Below, in pieces: positions 24,596-38,079 of a stretch of 64,000 nucleotides of DNA (its first letter is position 1; each line of letters opens with the position of its first letter). The DNA is from Macrostomum lignano. Lineage: Eukaryota. Under the pieces are notes generated by a model. The model had not been told where the DNA came from, did not search any database, and saw only the letters and a program-made list of their open reading frames with translations. The position numbers and the translations under genes were made by a program. Location of the stretch: NCBI GenBank assembly GCA_002269645.1, contig NIVC01001451.1:186001-250000 (forward strand), given 5' to 3'.

Positions 24596-24709
24596 AGGCA
24601 GGTTTAACTACAACACTTCAGATATTTTATTATTCAGAAAAATAATATAATTCCTCCGCGGTCTGTTCTGTCGAGCTGGTAAATCTTTCTACTCACAGCA
24701 GTTCGTTTC

Positions 24710-24717
24710 TATTTATA
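24710..24717 (-). promoter_or_regulatory. Candidate TATA box of the sHSP gene
   Basis: TATAAATA on the - strand, ~115 bp upstream of the predicted ATG at 24595. Confidence 0.5.
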
Positions 24718-24901
24718 CTAAAATTTATTAAACAATAATTCTTCACGTCGAAGCGAGGCGAATTTTGCTACTTTAAGTAGTGCGCCGTGTATATTCTCAC
24801 TAGTTAAAATATATTATTCTTTTATGAGGCAAAAGAAATTAGAAAGCAGATTTTTTTACCAAATTAAAACAACCTGCGCATCTCTGATTCAACCAGAGTA
24901 G

Positions 24902-27900
24902 CGCCAACCAGATCCTCAGAATGGCGCCTCTCAGATCCTCAGAATGGCGCCTCTCAGATCCTCAGAATGGCGCCTCTCAGATCCTCAGAATGGCGCCTCT
25001 CAGATCCTCAGAATAGCGCCTCCCAGATTCTCAGAATGGCGCCTCCCAGATCCTCAGAATGGCGCCTCTCAGATCCTCAGAATGGCGCCTCCCAGATTCT
25101 CAGAATGGCGCCTCCCAGATCCTCAGAATGGCGCCTCTCAGATCCTCAGAATGGCGCCTCCCAGATTCTCAGAATATTGCCTCCCAGATCATCAGAATGG
25201 CGCCTCCCAGATCCTTAGAATGGCGCCCCTCATATCCTTAGAATGGCGCCTCTCAGATCCTCAGAATGGCGCCCCTCATATCCTTAGAATGGCGCCTCTC
25301 AGATCCTCAGAATGGCGCCTCCCAGATTCTCAGAATGGCGCCTCCCAGATCATCAGAATGGCGCCTCCCAGATCATCAGAATAGCGCCTCCCAGATCATC
25401 AGAATAGCGCCTCCCAGATCATCAGAATAGCGCCTCCCAGATCATCAGAATGGCGCCCCTCATATCCTTAGAATGGCGCCTCTCAGATCCTCAGAATGGC
25501 GCCTCCCAGATTCTCAGAATGGCGCCTCCCAGATCCTCAGAATGGCGCCTCTCAGATCCTCAGAATGGCGCCTCCCAGATTCTCAGAATGGCGCCTCCCA
25601 GATGCTCAGAATGGCGCCTTCCAGATCCTCAGAATGGCGCCTCCCAGATGCTCAGAATGGCGCCTCCCAGATGCTCAGAATGGCGCCTCCCAGATCATCA
25701 GAATGGCGCCTCCCAGATCCTCAGAATGGCGCCTCCCAGATCATCAGAATGGCGCCAACCAGATCCTCAGAATGGCGCCAACCAGATCCTCAGAATGGCG
25801 CCTCCCAGATCATCAGAATGGCGCCTCCCAGATCATCAGAATGGCGCCTCCCAGATCCTTAGAATGGCGCCTCTCAGATCCTCAGAATGGCGCCTTCCAG
25901 ATCCTCAGAATGGCGCCTCACAGATCTTTAGAATGGCGCCTCCCAGATCATCAGAATGGCGCCCCTCATATCCTCAGAATGGCGCCCCTCATATCCTTAG
26001 AATGGCGCCCCTCATATCCTTAGAATGGCGCCCTCAGATCCTCAGAATGGCGCCCCTCAAATCCTTAGAATGGCGCCCTCAGATCCTCAGAATGGCGCCC
26101 CTCATATCCTTAGAATGGCGCCCTTCGGATTCTTAGAATGGCGCCTCCCAGATCATTAGAATGGCGCCCCTCAGATCCTCAGAAGGGCGCCCCTCAGATC
26201 ATTAGAATGGCGCCTCCCAGATCATCAGAATAGCGCCTCCCAGATCATCAGAATGGCGCCTCCCAGATCATCAGAATAGCGCCTCCCAGATCATCAGAAT
26301 AGCGCCTCCCAGATCATCAGAATGGCGCCCCTCATATCCTTAGAATGGCGCCTCTCAGATCCTCAGAATGGCGCCTCCCAGATCATCAGAATGGCGCCTC
26401 CCAGATCCTCAGAATGGCGCCTCTCAGATCCTCAGAATGGCGCCTCCCAGATTCTCAGAATGGCGCCTCCCAGATGCTCAGAATGGCGCCTTCTAGATCC
26501 TCAGAATGGCGCCTCTCAGATTCTCAGAATGGCGCCTCCCAGATGCTCAGAATGGCGCCTTCCAGATGCTCAGAATGGCGCCTCCCAGATCATCAGAATG
26601 GCGCCTCCCAGATCCTCAGAATGGCGCCTCCCAGATCATCAGAATGGCGCCAACCAGATCCTCAGAATGGCGCCAACCAGATCCTCAGAATGGCGCCTCC
26701 CAGATCATCAGAATAGCGCCTCCCAGATCCTCAGAATGGCGCCTCTCAGATCCTCAGAATGGCGCCTCTCAGATCCTCAGAATGGCGCCTTCCAGATCCT
26801 CAGAATGGCGCCTCACAGATCTTTAGAATGGCGCCTCCCAGATCATCCGAATGGCGCCCCTCATATCCTCAGAATGGCGCCCCTCATATCCTTAGAATGG
26901 CGCCCCTCATATCCTTAGAATGGCGCCCTCAGATCCTCAGAATGGCGCCATTCATATCCTTAGAATGGCGCCCTCAGATCCTCAGAATGGCGCCCCTCAT
27001 ATCCTTAGAATGGCGCCCTTCGGATTCTTAGAATGGCGCCTCCCAGATCATTAGAATGGCGCCCCTCAGATCCTTAGAATGGCGCCCCTCAGATCCTCAG
27101 AATGGCGCCCCTCAGATCCTCAGAATGGCGCCCCTCAGATCCTCAGAATGGCGCCCCTCAGATCATCAGAATGGCGCCTCCCAGATCATCAGAATAGCGC
27201 CTCCCAGATCATCAGAATGGCGCCTCCCAGATCATCAGAATGGCGCCTCCCAGATCATCAGAATAGCGCCTCCCAGATCATCAGAATAGCGCCTCCCAGA
27301 TCATCAGAATAGCGCCTCCCAGATCATCAGAATGGCGCCCCTCATATCCTTAGAATGGCGCCTCTCAGATCCTCAGAATGGCGCCTCCCAGATTCTCAGA
27401 ATGGCGCCTCCCAGATCCTCAGAATGGCGCCTCTCAGATCCTCAGAATGGCGCCTCCCAGATTCTCAGAATGGCGCCTCCCAGATGCTCAGAATGGCGCC
27501 TTCCAGATCCTCAGAATGGCGCCTCTCAGATTCTCAGAATGGCGCCTCCCAGATGCTCAGAATGGCGCCCCTCAGATCATCAGAATGGCGCCTCCCAGAT
27601 CATCAGAATAGCGCCTCCCAGATCATCAGAATAGCGCCTCCCAGATCATCAGAATAGCGCCTCCCAGATCATCAGAATGGCGCCCCTCATATCCTTAGAA
27701 TGGCGCCTCTCAGATCCTCAGAATGGCGCCTCCCAGATCCTCAGAATGGCGCCTCCCAGATCCTCAGAATGGCGCCTCTCAGATCCTCAGAATGGCGCCT
27801 CCCAGATTCTCAGAATGGCGCCTCCCAGATGCTCAGAATGGCGCCTTCCAGATCCTCAGAATGGCGCCTCTCAGATTCTCAGAATGGCGCCTCCCAGATG

Positions 27901-29110
27901 CTCAGAATGGCGCCCCTCAGATCATCAGAATGGCGCCTCCCAGATAATCAGAATGGCGCCTCCCAGATCATCAGAATGGCGCCTCCCAGATCCTCAGAAT
28001 GGCGCCTCCCAGATCATCAGAATGGCGCCAACCAGATCCTCAGAATGGCGCCAACCAGATCCTCAGAATGGCGCCTCCCAGATCATCAGAATGGCGCCTC
28101 CCAGATCATCAGAATGGCGCCTCCCAGATCCTCAGAATGGCGCCTCACTGATCTTTAGAATGGCGCCTCCCAGATCATCAGAATGGCGCCCCTCATATCC
28201 TCAGAATGGCGCCCCTCATATCCTTAGAATGGCGCCCCTCATATCCTTAGAATGGCGCCCTCAGATCCTTAGAATGGCGCCCCTCATATCCTTAGAATGG
28301 CGCCCTCAGATCCTCAGAATGGCGCCCCTCATATCCTTAGAATAGCGCCCTTCGGATTCTTAGAATGGCGCCTCCCAGATCATTAGAATGGCGCCCCTCA
28401 GATCCTCAGAATGGCGCCCCTCAGATCCTCAGAATGACGCCTCCCAGATCCTTAGAATGGCGCCCCTCAGATCCTTAGAATGGCGCCCCTCAGATCCTCA
28501 GAATGGCGCCCCTCAGATCCTCAGAATGGCGCCCCTCAGATCATCAGAATGGCGCCTCCCAGATCATCAGAATGGCGCCCCTCAGATCATCAGAATGGCG
28601 CCTCCCAGATCATCAGAATAGCGCCTCCCAGATCATCAGAATGGCGCCTCCCAGATCATCAGAATGGCGCCTCCCAGATCATCAGAATAGTGCCTCCCAG
28701 ATCATCAGAATAGCGCCTCCCAGATCATCAGAATAGCGCCCCTCATATCCTTAGAATGGCGCCTCTCAGATCCTTAGAATGGCGCCCCTCAGATCCTCAG
28801 AATGGCGCCCCTCAGATCCTCAGAATGGCGCCCCTCAGATCCTCAGAATGGCGCCTCCCAGATCATCAGAATGGCGCCCCTCAGATCATCAGAATGGCGC
28901 CTCCCAGATCATCAGAATGGCGCCTCCCAGATCATCAGAATGGCGCCCCTCAGATCATCAGAATGGCGCCTCCCAGATCATCAGAATGGCGCCTCCCAGA
29001 TCATCAGAATAGTGCCTCCCAGATCATCAGAATAGCGCCTCCCAGATCATCAGAATAGCGCCTCCCAGATCATCAGAATGGCGCCTCCCAGATCATCAGA
29101 ATAGCGCCCC
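24902..29110. repeat. 23-bp satellite (AGAATGGCGCCTCCCAGATCCTC)n, ~180 copies, with higher-order blocks
   Basis: Unit read directly; diagnostic variants recur about every 0.9-1.3 kb. Confidence 0.97.
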
Positions 29111-29768
29111 TCATCAGATCCTCAGACCTGCAGATCCATGCAGAATAGATCTATAGTCACTCATTTTAAACGGAGATACGGAGAGCATTCTGTTTGCAAC
29201 CGTGTAATCAGCTGAGTTTTCAATAATCAGTATGCCAAGCATTCAGCTGCCAGCAGTGCAATAATCGCCCTTAGATTGTAACTACATATAGGAAATCTGC
29301 TTACCAACCCCGTCCGTCAGGCGCGCACGCATTGAACACCTGCAGTGCGCAGTCAGAATTGAATCAATCACCGGCATATAGAGGTTGCTGATTACTTGTC
29401 AACTGAGTTGGATTAATTTCCTATACGCGTAAATCTGTGTTACTTCTGGGCTAAGCAATATTTGAATGGCTGTAAACTCTCTTCCATTTCCAGTGAATAT
29501 CCTGTATAGTGTATGGTGCATGGGTGGGACGGATGCAGCTGCACATTTGATGACAGTGTGCTGCATATTTGGGAGCTTATGAATCGGGTTGAATTACCCA
29601 ATCAATTCCTGGCCTCTGTGTGTCTGTTACTCCTGGCTTTACAACTTTTTTATTTGACTCATTTTTGCTGCGTCTTTGTAGTTTTTTTTTGCTTGAGTTT
29701 CTTTATTTCATTGCTGCTTTTTATCGGGGTTTGGGAGGTTAGGAGGTGAAATGCTGGGGCGGAGAACA

Positions 29769-32700
29769 GGGAGAGCGGCTCTCAGTGCTGAAGGTTAAGG
29801 GAGAGCGGCTCTCAGTGCTGAAGGTTAAGGGAGAGCGGCTCTCAGTGCTGAAGGTTAAGGGAGAGCGGCTCTCAGTGCTGAAGGTTAAGGGAGAGCGGCT
29901 CTCAGTGCTGAAGGTTAAGGGAGAGCGGCTCTCAGTGCTGAAGGTTAAGGGAGAGCGACTCTCAGTGCTGAAGGTTAAGGGAGAGCGGCTCTCAGTGCTG
30001 AAGGTTAAGGGAGAGCGGCTCTCAGTGCTGAAGGTTAAGGGAGAGCGACTCTCAGTGCTGAAGGTTAAGGGAGAGCGACTCTCAGTGCTGAGGGTTAAGG
30101 GAGAGCGACTCTCAGTGCTGAAGGTTAAGGGAGAGCGACTCTCAGTGCTGAAGGTTAAGGGAGAGCGACTCTCAGTGCTGAAGGTTAAGGGAGAGCGGCT
30201 CTCAGTGCTGAAGGTTAAGGGAGAGCGGCTCTCAGTGCTGAAGGTTAAGGGAGAGCGACTCTCAGTGCTGAAGGTTAAGGGAGAGCGGCTCTCAGTGCTG
30301 AAGGTTAAGGGAGAGCGGCTCTCAGTGCTGAAGGTTAAGGGAGAGCGCTCTCAGTGCTGAAGGTTAAGGGAGAGCGGCTCTCAGTGCTGAAGGTTAAGGG
30401 AGAGCGGCTCTCAGTGCTGAAGGTTAAGGGAGAGCGGCTCTCAGTGCTGAAGGTTAAGGGAGAGCGGCTCTCAGTGCTGAAGGTTAAGGGAGAGCGACTC
30501 TCAGTGCTGAAGGTTAAGGGAGAGCGACTCTCAGTGCTGAAGGTTAAGGGAGAGCGGCTCTCAGTGCTGAAGGTTAAGGGAGAGCGGCTCTCAGTGCTGA
30601 AGGTTAAGGGAGAGCGGCTCTCAGTGCTGAGGTTAAGGGAGAGCGGCTCTCAGTGCTGAAGGTTAAGGGAGAGCGGCTCTCAGTGCTGAGGTTAAGGGAG
30701 AGCGGCTCTCAGTGCTGAAGGTTAAGGGAGAGCGGCTCTCAGTGCTGAAGGTTAAGGGAGAGCGGCTCTCAGTGCTGAGGTTAAGGGAGAGCGGCTCTCA
30801 GTGCTGAGGGTTAAGGGAGAGCGGCTCTCAGTGCTGAAGGTTAAGGGAGAGCGGCTCTCAGTGCTGAAGGTTAAGGGAGAGCGGCTCTCAGTGCTGAAGG
30901 TTAAGGGAGAGCGGCTCTCAGTGCTGAGGGTTAAGGGAGAGCGGCTCTCAGTGCTGAAGGTTAAGGGAGAGCGGCTCTCAGTGCTGAAGGTTAAGGGAGA
31001 GCGGCTCTCAGTGCTGAAGGTTAAGGGAGAGCGGCTCTCAGTGCTGAAGGTTAAGGGAGAGCGGCTCTCAGTGCTGAAGGTTAAGGGAGAGCGGCTCTCA
31101 GTGCTGAAGGTTAAGGGAGAGCGGCTCTCAGTGCTGAAGGTTAAGGGAGAGCGGCTCTCAGTGCTGAAGGTTAAGGGAGAGCGGCTCTCAGTGCTGAAGG
31201 TTAAGGGAGAGCGGCTCTCAGTGCTGAAGGTTAAGGGAGAGCGGCTCTCAGTGCTGAAGGTTAAGGGAGAGCGGCTCTCAGTGCTGAGGTTAAGGGAGAG
31301 CGGCTCTCAGTGCTGAGGTTAAGGGAGAGCGGCTCTCAGTGCTGAAGGTTAAGGGAGAGCGGCTCTCAGTGCTGAAGGTTAAGGGAGAGCGGCTCTCAGT
31401 GCTGAAGGTTAAGGGAGAGCGGCTCTCAGTGCTGAAGGTTAAGGGAGAGCGGCTCTCAGTGCTGAAGGTTAAGGGAGAGCGGCTCTCAGTGCTGAGGTTA
31501 AGGGAGAGCGGCTCTCAGTGCTGAAGGTTAAGGGAGAGCGCTCTCAGTGCTGAGGGTTAAGGGAGAGCGGCTCTCAGTGCTGAAGGTTAAGGGAGAGCGG
31601 CTCTCAGTGCTGAAGGTTAAGGGAGAGCGGCTCTCAGTGCTGAAGGTTAAGGGAGAGCGGCTCTCAGTGCTGAAGGTTAAGGGAGAGCGGCTCTCAGTGC
31701 TGAAGGTTAAGGGAGAGCGGCTCTCAGTGCTGAAGGTTAAGGGAGAGCGGCTCTCAGTGCTGAAGGTTAAGGGAGAGCGGCTCTCAGTGCTGAAGGTTAA
31801 GGGAGAGCGGCTCTCAGTGCTGAAGGTTAAGGGAGAGCGACTCTCAGTGCTGAAGGTTAAGGGAGAGCCGCTCTCAGTGCTGAGGGTTAAGGGAGAGCGG
31901 CTCTCAGTGCTGAAGGTTAAGGGAGAGCGGCTCTCAGTGCTGAAGGTTAAGGGAGAGCGGCTCTCAGTGCTGAAGGTTAAGGGAGAGCGGCTCTCAGTGC
32001 TGAAGGTTAAGGGAGAGCGGCTCTCAGTGCTGAAGGTTAAGGGAGAGCGGCTCTCAGTGCTGAAGGTTAAGGGAGAGCGGCTCTCAGTGCTGAAGGTTAA
32101 GGGAGAGCGGCTCTCAGTGCTGAAGGTTAAGGGAGAGCGGCTCTCAGTGCTGAAGGTTAAGGGAGAGCGACTCTCAGTGCTGAAGGTTAAGGGAGAGCGG
32201 CTCTCAGTGCTGAAGGTTAAGGGAGAGCGGCTCTCAGTGCTGAAGGTTAAGGGAGAGCGGCTCTCAGTGCTGAAGGTTAAGGGAGAGCGGCTCTCAGTGC
32301 TGAGGTTAAGGGAGAGCGGCTCTCAGTGCTGAAGGTTAAGGGAGAGCGGCTCTCAGTGCTGAAGGTTAAGGGAGAGCGGCTCTCAGTGCTGAAGGTTAAG
32401 GGAGAGCGGCTCTCAGTGCTGAAGGTTAAGGGAGAGCGGCTCTCAGTGCTGAGGGTTAAGGGAGAGCGGCTCTCAGTGCTGAAGGTTAAGGGAGAGCGGC
32501 TCTCAGTGCTGAAGGTTAAGGGAGAGCGGCTCTCAGTGCTGAAGGTTAAGGGAGAGCGGCTCTCAGTGCTGAAGGTTAAGGGAGAGCGGCTCTCAGTGCT
32601 GAAGGTTAAGGGAGAGCGGCTCTCAGTGCTGAAGGTTAAGGGAGAGCGGCTCTCAGTGCTGAAGGTTAAGGGAGAGCGGCTCTCAGTGCTGAAGGTTAAG

Positions 32701-33622
32701 GGAGAGCGGCTCTCAGTGCTGAAGGTTAAGGGAGAGCGGCTCTCAGTGCTGAAGGTTAAGGGAGAGCGACTCTCAGTGCTGAAGGTTAAGGGAGAGCGGC
32801 TCTCAGTGCTGAAGGTTAAGGGAGAGCGGCTCTCAGTGCTGAAGGTTAAGGGAGAGCGGCTCTCAGTGCTGAAGGTTAAGGGAGAGCGGCTCTCAGTGCT
32901 GAAGGTTAAGGGAGAGCGGCTCTCAGTGCTGAGGGTTAAGGGAGAGCGGCTCTCAGTGCTGAAGGTTAAGGGAGAGCGGCTCTCAGTGCTGAAGGTTAAG
33001 GGAGAGCGGCTCTCAGTGCTGAAGGTTAAGGGAGAGCGACTCTCAGTGCTGAAGGTTAAGGGAGAGCGACTCTCAGTGCTGAAGGTTAAGGGAGAGCGGC
33101 TCTCAGTGCTGAAGGTTAAGGGAGAGCGGCTCTCAGTGCTGAAGGTTAAGGGAGAGCGGCTCTCAGTGCTGAAGGTTAAGGGAGAGCGGCTCTCAGTGCT
33201 GAGGTTAAGGGAGAGCGGCTCTCAGTGCTGAAGGTTAAGGGAGAGCGGCTCTCAGTGCTGAAGGTTAAGGGAGAGCCGCTCTCAGTGCTGAAGGTTAAGG
33301 GAGAGCGGCTCTCAGTGCTGAGGGTTAAGGGAGAGCGGCTCTCAGTGCTGAAGGTTAAGGGAGAGCGGCTCTCAGTGCTGAAGGTTAAGGGAGAGCGGCT
33401 CTCAGTGCTGAAGGTTAAGGGAGAGCGGCTCTCAGTGCTGAAGGTTAAGGGAGAGCGGCTCTCAGTGCTGAAGGTTAAGGGAGAGCCGCTCTCAGTGCTG
33501 AAGGTTAAGGGAGAGCGGCTCTCAGTGCTGAGGGTTAAGGGAGAGCGGCTCTCAGTGCTGAAGGTTAAGGGAGAGCCGCTCTCAGTGCTGAGGGTTAAGG
33601 GAGAACGGCTCTCAGTGCTGAA
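29769..33622. repeat. 30-bp satellite (GGGAGAGCGGCTCTCAGTGCTGAAGGTTAA)n, ~128 near-identical copies
   Basis: Read directly. Confidence 0.97.
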
Positions 33623-34257
33623 GATTTTGAAGCGTCCTCTTAACGTTATTTATTGGTCAGTTTTGCTCATATTTCCAGTCGTAGTTTGTTATACTGACTC
33701 TCTCCTTGGCCTGGAGTGGAATGGTTCTCACAATAAACCTTCCGTACCTTCCGGTTTCTCCACAATGTTTTTATTAGTTGGTTGCCACTGCATTATTATC
33801 TGTGTTAGAAATCTAAAATGAGAATATGTAATCTTGGGAATACGGAACAAGCCGAGTTCACATGTGCGCCCACTTATTTAGCTATATAATGCTAGTTTAA
33901 TGCTATGAGACAGCCAGCCATTTGGGGGATTCATACAGTTAATGCAGTTCGAAATATGTTATATATATGTGCTTACCATTGACATCCTTGCGTATTATGC
34001 TTTTATATCTATGGATCTCGGAACTGGTTCAAGTTTTGAAAATATTCTTTAAAAATTGTATATAAGGAGGATCTGGGATGTCCCTCGAGCGAGCGGGGGC
34101 ACGGGAAGCGGCACTCATATTTTCTTAACAATAATGTTTCGATCGAATATTGTGTTAGGAAAGGTTGGCTGCTTCAAATGACACTGAGTTTCTTGTAAAG
34201 CTGTGGGGAAACTGACAATGAAGAGTTTTCTGGATTTTTTTCTCCAACTTTTCCACT

Positions 34258-35193
34258 CTCATAGACGATTCTCATAAACAATTCTCATAGACAATTCTCA
34301 TAGACAATTCTCATAGACAATTCTCATAGACAATTCTGATAGACAATTCTCATAGACAATTCTCATAGACAATTCTCATAGACGATTCTCATAGACAATT
34401 CTCATAGACAATTCTCATAGACAATTCTCATAGACAATTCTCATAGACAATTCTCATAGACAATTCTCATAGACAATTCTCATAGACAATTCTCATAGAC
34501 AATTCTCATAGACAATTCTCATTGACTATTCTCATAGACAATTCTCATAGACAATTCTCATAGACAATTCTCATAGACAATTCTCATAGACAATTCTGAT
34601 AGACAATTCTCATCGACAATTCTGATAGACAATTCTCATAGACAATTCTGATAGACAATTCTCATAGACAATTCTCATAGACAATTCTCATAGACGATTC
34701 TCATAGACAATTCTCATAGACAATTCTCATAGACAATTCTCATAGACGATTCTCATAGACAATTCTCATAGACAATTCTCATAGACAATTCTCATAGACG
34801 ATTCTCATAGACAATTCTCATACACAATTCTCATAGACAATTCTCATAGACGATTCTCATAGACAATTCTCATAGACAATTCTCATAGACAATTCTCATA
34901 GACAATTCTCATAGACAATTCTCATAGACAATTCTCATAGACAATTCTCATAGACAATTCTCATTGACTATTCTCATAGACAATTCTCATAGACAATTCT
35001 CATAGACAATTCTCATAGACAATTCTCATAGACAATTCTCATAGACAATTCTCATTGACTATTCTCATAGACAATTCTCATAGACAATTCTCATAGACAA
35101 TTCTGATAGACAATTCTCATAGACAATTCTTATACACAATTCTCATAGACAATTCTCATAGACAATTCTCATAGACAATTCTCATAGACAATT
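34258..35193. repeat. 13-bp minisatellite (CAATTCTCATAGA)n, ~70 copies
   Basis: Read directly. Confidence 0.95.
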
Positions 35194-35729
35194 CGCTCAT
35201 AGCTGCGGCCAGATGAGAGAGAAAAGGAGAGGGAATAGAGAAGCGGAAATAGAAGATGAGAGAAGAGATGATTCAGAAGTTAGATTGGATTGCTATAGTA
35301 AATTAGAGAGGCCTCTTGCGGAGCCGCATGTGTTTTAAGCCATGAGGCATAGGGGATGGGTAGGGTGAGGCGGGGGCTGCTCTTGCAGGTTAATCGGGTG
35401 TGCAGACACCCAGTTGAGGTCGCGTGTTGGCCAAACCTCTCCGGAGTCTTTCAAGTGGAAAAGAATTCTTCCCGCTAAACAGACACCAAGCAATCCGGCG
35501 CATTGCAACCGCTTATTCATTGAGAAAGTTTTATATAAAGCTAGAGGATCAGTTGAAATTTTCCCATTTTCACACTGCTTGTCACCTGTCCACCCCTTAG
35601 TCGCTGCATGGCGTCGGGGCTTTCTCTCTGATTGAATAGACTGAACTATACTCTTTCTGTGTGAAACATCCAGCTGAGAGCTGGTGGCCAGTGCTGTCTG
35701 GAAACCATGTTTTTCGCAGTCTTTTTAAG

Positions 35730-37030
35730 AGAGAGAGGAGAGAGGGGAGAGAGAAGGCAGAAGAGAGGTGGATATGGGTGAAAGGGGCACAGGGGCGAAT
35801 AGATCAGGGAGGTGGGGAGAGTAGAGGAGGGGAGAGTAGAGAGAGGAGGGAAGAGAAGAGAGAGTAGGGGAGAGAAGAGAGAGGAGGGGAGAGAAGAGAG
35901 AGAATGGGAGAGAAGAGAGAGAATGGGAGAGAAGAGAGAGAATGGGAGAGAAGAGGAGGGGAGAGAAAAAGAGGAGAGAAGAGAGAGGAGAGGAGAAGGG
36001 AGAGGTGAGAGGGAAGAGGAGAGGAGAGAGCGGAGATGAGAGAGGGAGAGGAGAGGAGAGAGTGGAGAGGAGAGAGGAGAGAGTGGAGAGGAGAGAGGAG
36101 AGAGGAGAGGAGAGGAGAGAGCGGAGATGAGAGAGGGAGAGGAGAGGAGAGAGTGGAGAGGAGAGAGGAGAGAGGAGAGGAGAGGAGAGAGGGGAGATGA
36201 GAGAGGGGAGAGGAGAGGAGAGAGCGGAGATGAGAGAAGGAGAGGAGAGGAGAGCGGAGATGAGAGAGAGAGAGGAGAGGAGAGAGCGGAGATGAGAGAG
36301 GGGAGAGGAGAGGAGAGAGCGGAGATGAGAGAGAGGAGAGGAGAGGAGAGAGCGGAGATGAGAGAGGGGAGAGGAGAGGAGAGAGCGGAGATGAGAGAGA
36401 GAGAGGAGAGGAGAGAGCGGAGATGAGAGAGAGGAGAGGAGAGGAGAGAGCGGAGATGAGAGAGGGGAGAGGAGAGGAGAGAGCGGAGATGAGAGAGGGG
36501 AGAGGAGAGGAGAGAGCGGAGATGAGAGAGAGGAGAGGAGAGGAGAGAGCGGAGATGAGAGAGGTGAGAGGAGAGGAGAGAGCGGAGATGAGAGAGGGGA
36601 GAGGAGAGGAGAGAGCGGAGATGAGAAAGGGGAGAGGAGAGGAGAGAGGGGAGAGGAGAGGAGAGAGCGGAGATGAGAGAGGGGAGAGGAGAGGAGAGAG
36701 CGGAGATGAGAGAGGGGAGAGGAGAGGAGAGAGCGGAGATGAGAGGGGAGAGGAGAGGAGAGAGCGGAGATGAGAGAGGAGAGGAGAGGAGAGAGCGGAG
36801 ATGAGAGAGGGGAGAGGAGAGGAGAGAGCGGAGATGAGAGAGGGGAGAGGAGAGGAGAGAGCGGAGATGAGAGAGGGGAGAGGAGAGGAGAGAGCGGAGA
36901 TGAGAGAGGGGAGAGGAGAGGAGAGAGCGGAGATGAGAGAGGGGAGAGTAGAGAGGGGAGGGGAGAGGAGAGGAGAGAGCGGAGATGAGAAAGGGGAGAG
37001 GAGAGGAGAGAGCGGAGATGAGAGAGGAGA
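35730..37030. repeat. Polypurine GA-rich minisatellite (GAGAGCGGAGATGAGAGAGG core)
   Basis: Read directly. Confidence 0.92.
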
Positions 37031-37797
37031 TAAAGACAGTGCAGGAAGACAAAGGTGACGAATGCAGGTTGAAATGATCCGAAGCAGTTTTCAAGTTATG
37101 AAGCAAAATCGTCTTGCCTACTAAAATTACTGAAAAGTTTGGCAACCATTGAGTAGACAATAAATAATTTTTTCCTTTCCTTCAATGGGTGTCTCTGACT
37201 GAGATCTTAACTATATCGCTCCATAACTCCATGGCATGTTTGACCAGTTGTCTATTCATTCCCAGGCAGTAATTTATATCAGGCATTGAGATTGAGAACC
37301 TTATACTCGTATATCAAATATCCCTTTTAACCTGAGCACTGCTGCAGGTGTTCAAGCAGGCGGTCTCGCACACAGCAGCCACTTGAGTTTGGTCCCTGCA
37401 GCAGGTCCTGACTCCTGAATATTTATATAACATTTCAGAATGGAATTGTCTCGATACAGAGCAGCCCTGCCAGCCTTTGGGTATTATAATGGTTGAAAAA
37501 TTGGAGAATCCAGTTGCAACAAAAAAGCAGAGGGAGGGGGTTTTGCTTATTGGGTATTGGGGGCTTCGGCTGTGTTTGTTCACCTTGTAGGCTGTGTTGG
37601 ATCTGCAGTCCTGTTTTATACTGCATTTGGAGTGGCAATTGATATTCCCAATAATACAGCGATCCCACCGCTCTCTGCATACACAGTTTGTTAGATTCAT
37701 TATTTATGCTGAATCTGCATTTAAAGTATAATAAAAATAGCAAATTTCATTTTCGCGCACAAGCCTCAAATAAATGACTAAAGACAACAATTTGATC

Positions 37798-37975
37798 CAG
37801 TAGCGGATCCAGAAAATGTTGAACGGGGGGGGCGCAGACTACTAAGGTACATATATATTCATATCATGTACAAGTATATGTACATGATAATGTGTATTTA
37901 CCATATAAAAAATAAAGAAAATCAAACTCAACGGGGGGCGCGCGCCCTGTGCGCCCCCCTTTAAATCCGCTACCG
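37798..37975. mobile_element. 178-bp hAT-type MITE just upstream of the Gsx promoter
   Basis: Termini CAGTAGCGGAT / ATCCGCTACCG. Perfect 8-bp TSD ATTTGATC at 37790-37797 and 37976-37983. Confidence 0.88.
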
Positions 37976-38079
37976 ATTTGATCGAGTTAGAAAGAAGTTG
38001 AGTCTGTAGCTTCTTTCATGTTTGCTCCGATCGTCATTAAAAAAATGTCAGCCACTAAGAGTAAGAGCCAAGCAGCTCT

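Noticed and set aside
24720-24780. Heat-shock element upstream of the sHSP
   Set aside because: TTC and GAA blocks are present but not in nGAAn inverted periodicity.
29769-29800. 30-bp unit resembling a tRNA-SINE head (GGCTCTCAGTG...GGTTAAGG)
   Set aside because: Needs two insertions to fit an A-box, and there is no B-box or SINE core at either end of the array.
24902-33622. CRISPR-like regular 23- and 30-bp repeats
   Set aside because: Units are head-to-tail with no unique spacers, there are no cas genes, and the context is eukaryotic.
24944-33821. Repetitive ORFs (MAPPRSSEWRL..., LSVLKVKGER...)
   Set aside because: Satellite translations that shift frame freely, with no unique coding ends or splice context.
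35646-37160. Leu/Ser- and Glu/Arg-rich ORFs here and at 1.2, 3.8, 24.1, 45.1-46.1 and 47.8 kb
   Set aside because: Translations of GA/CT low-complexity tracts.
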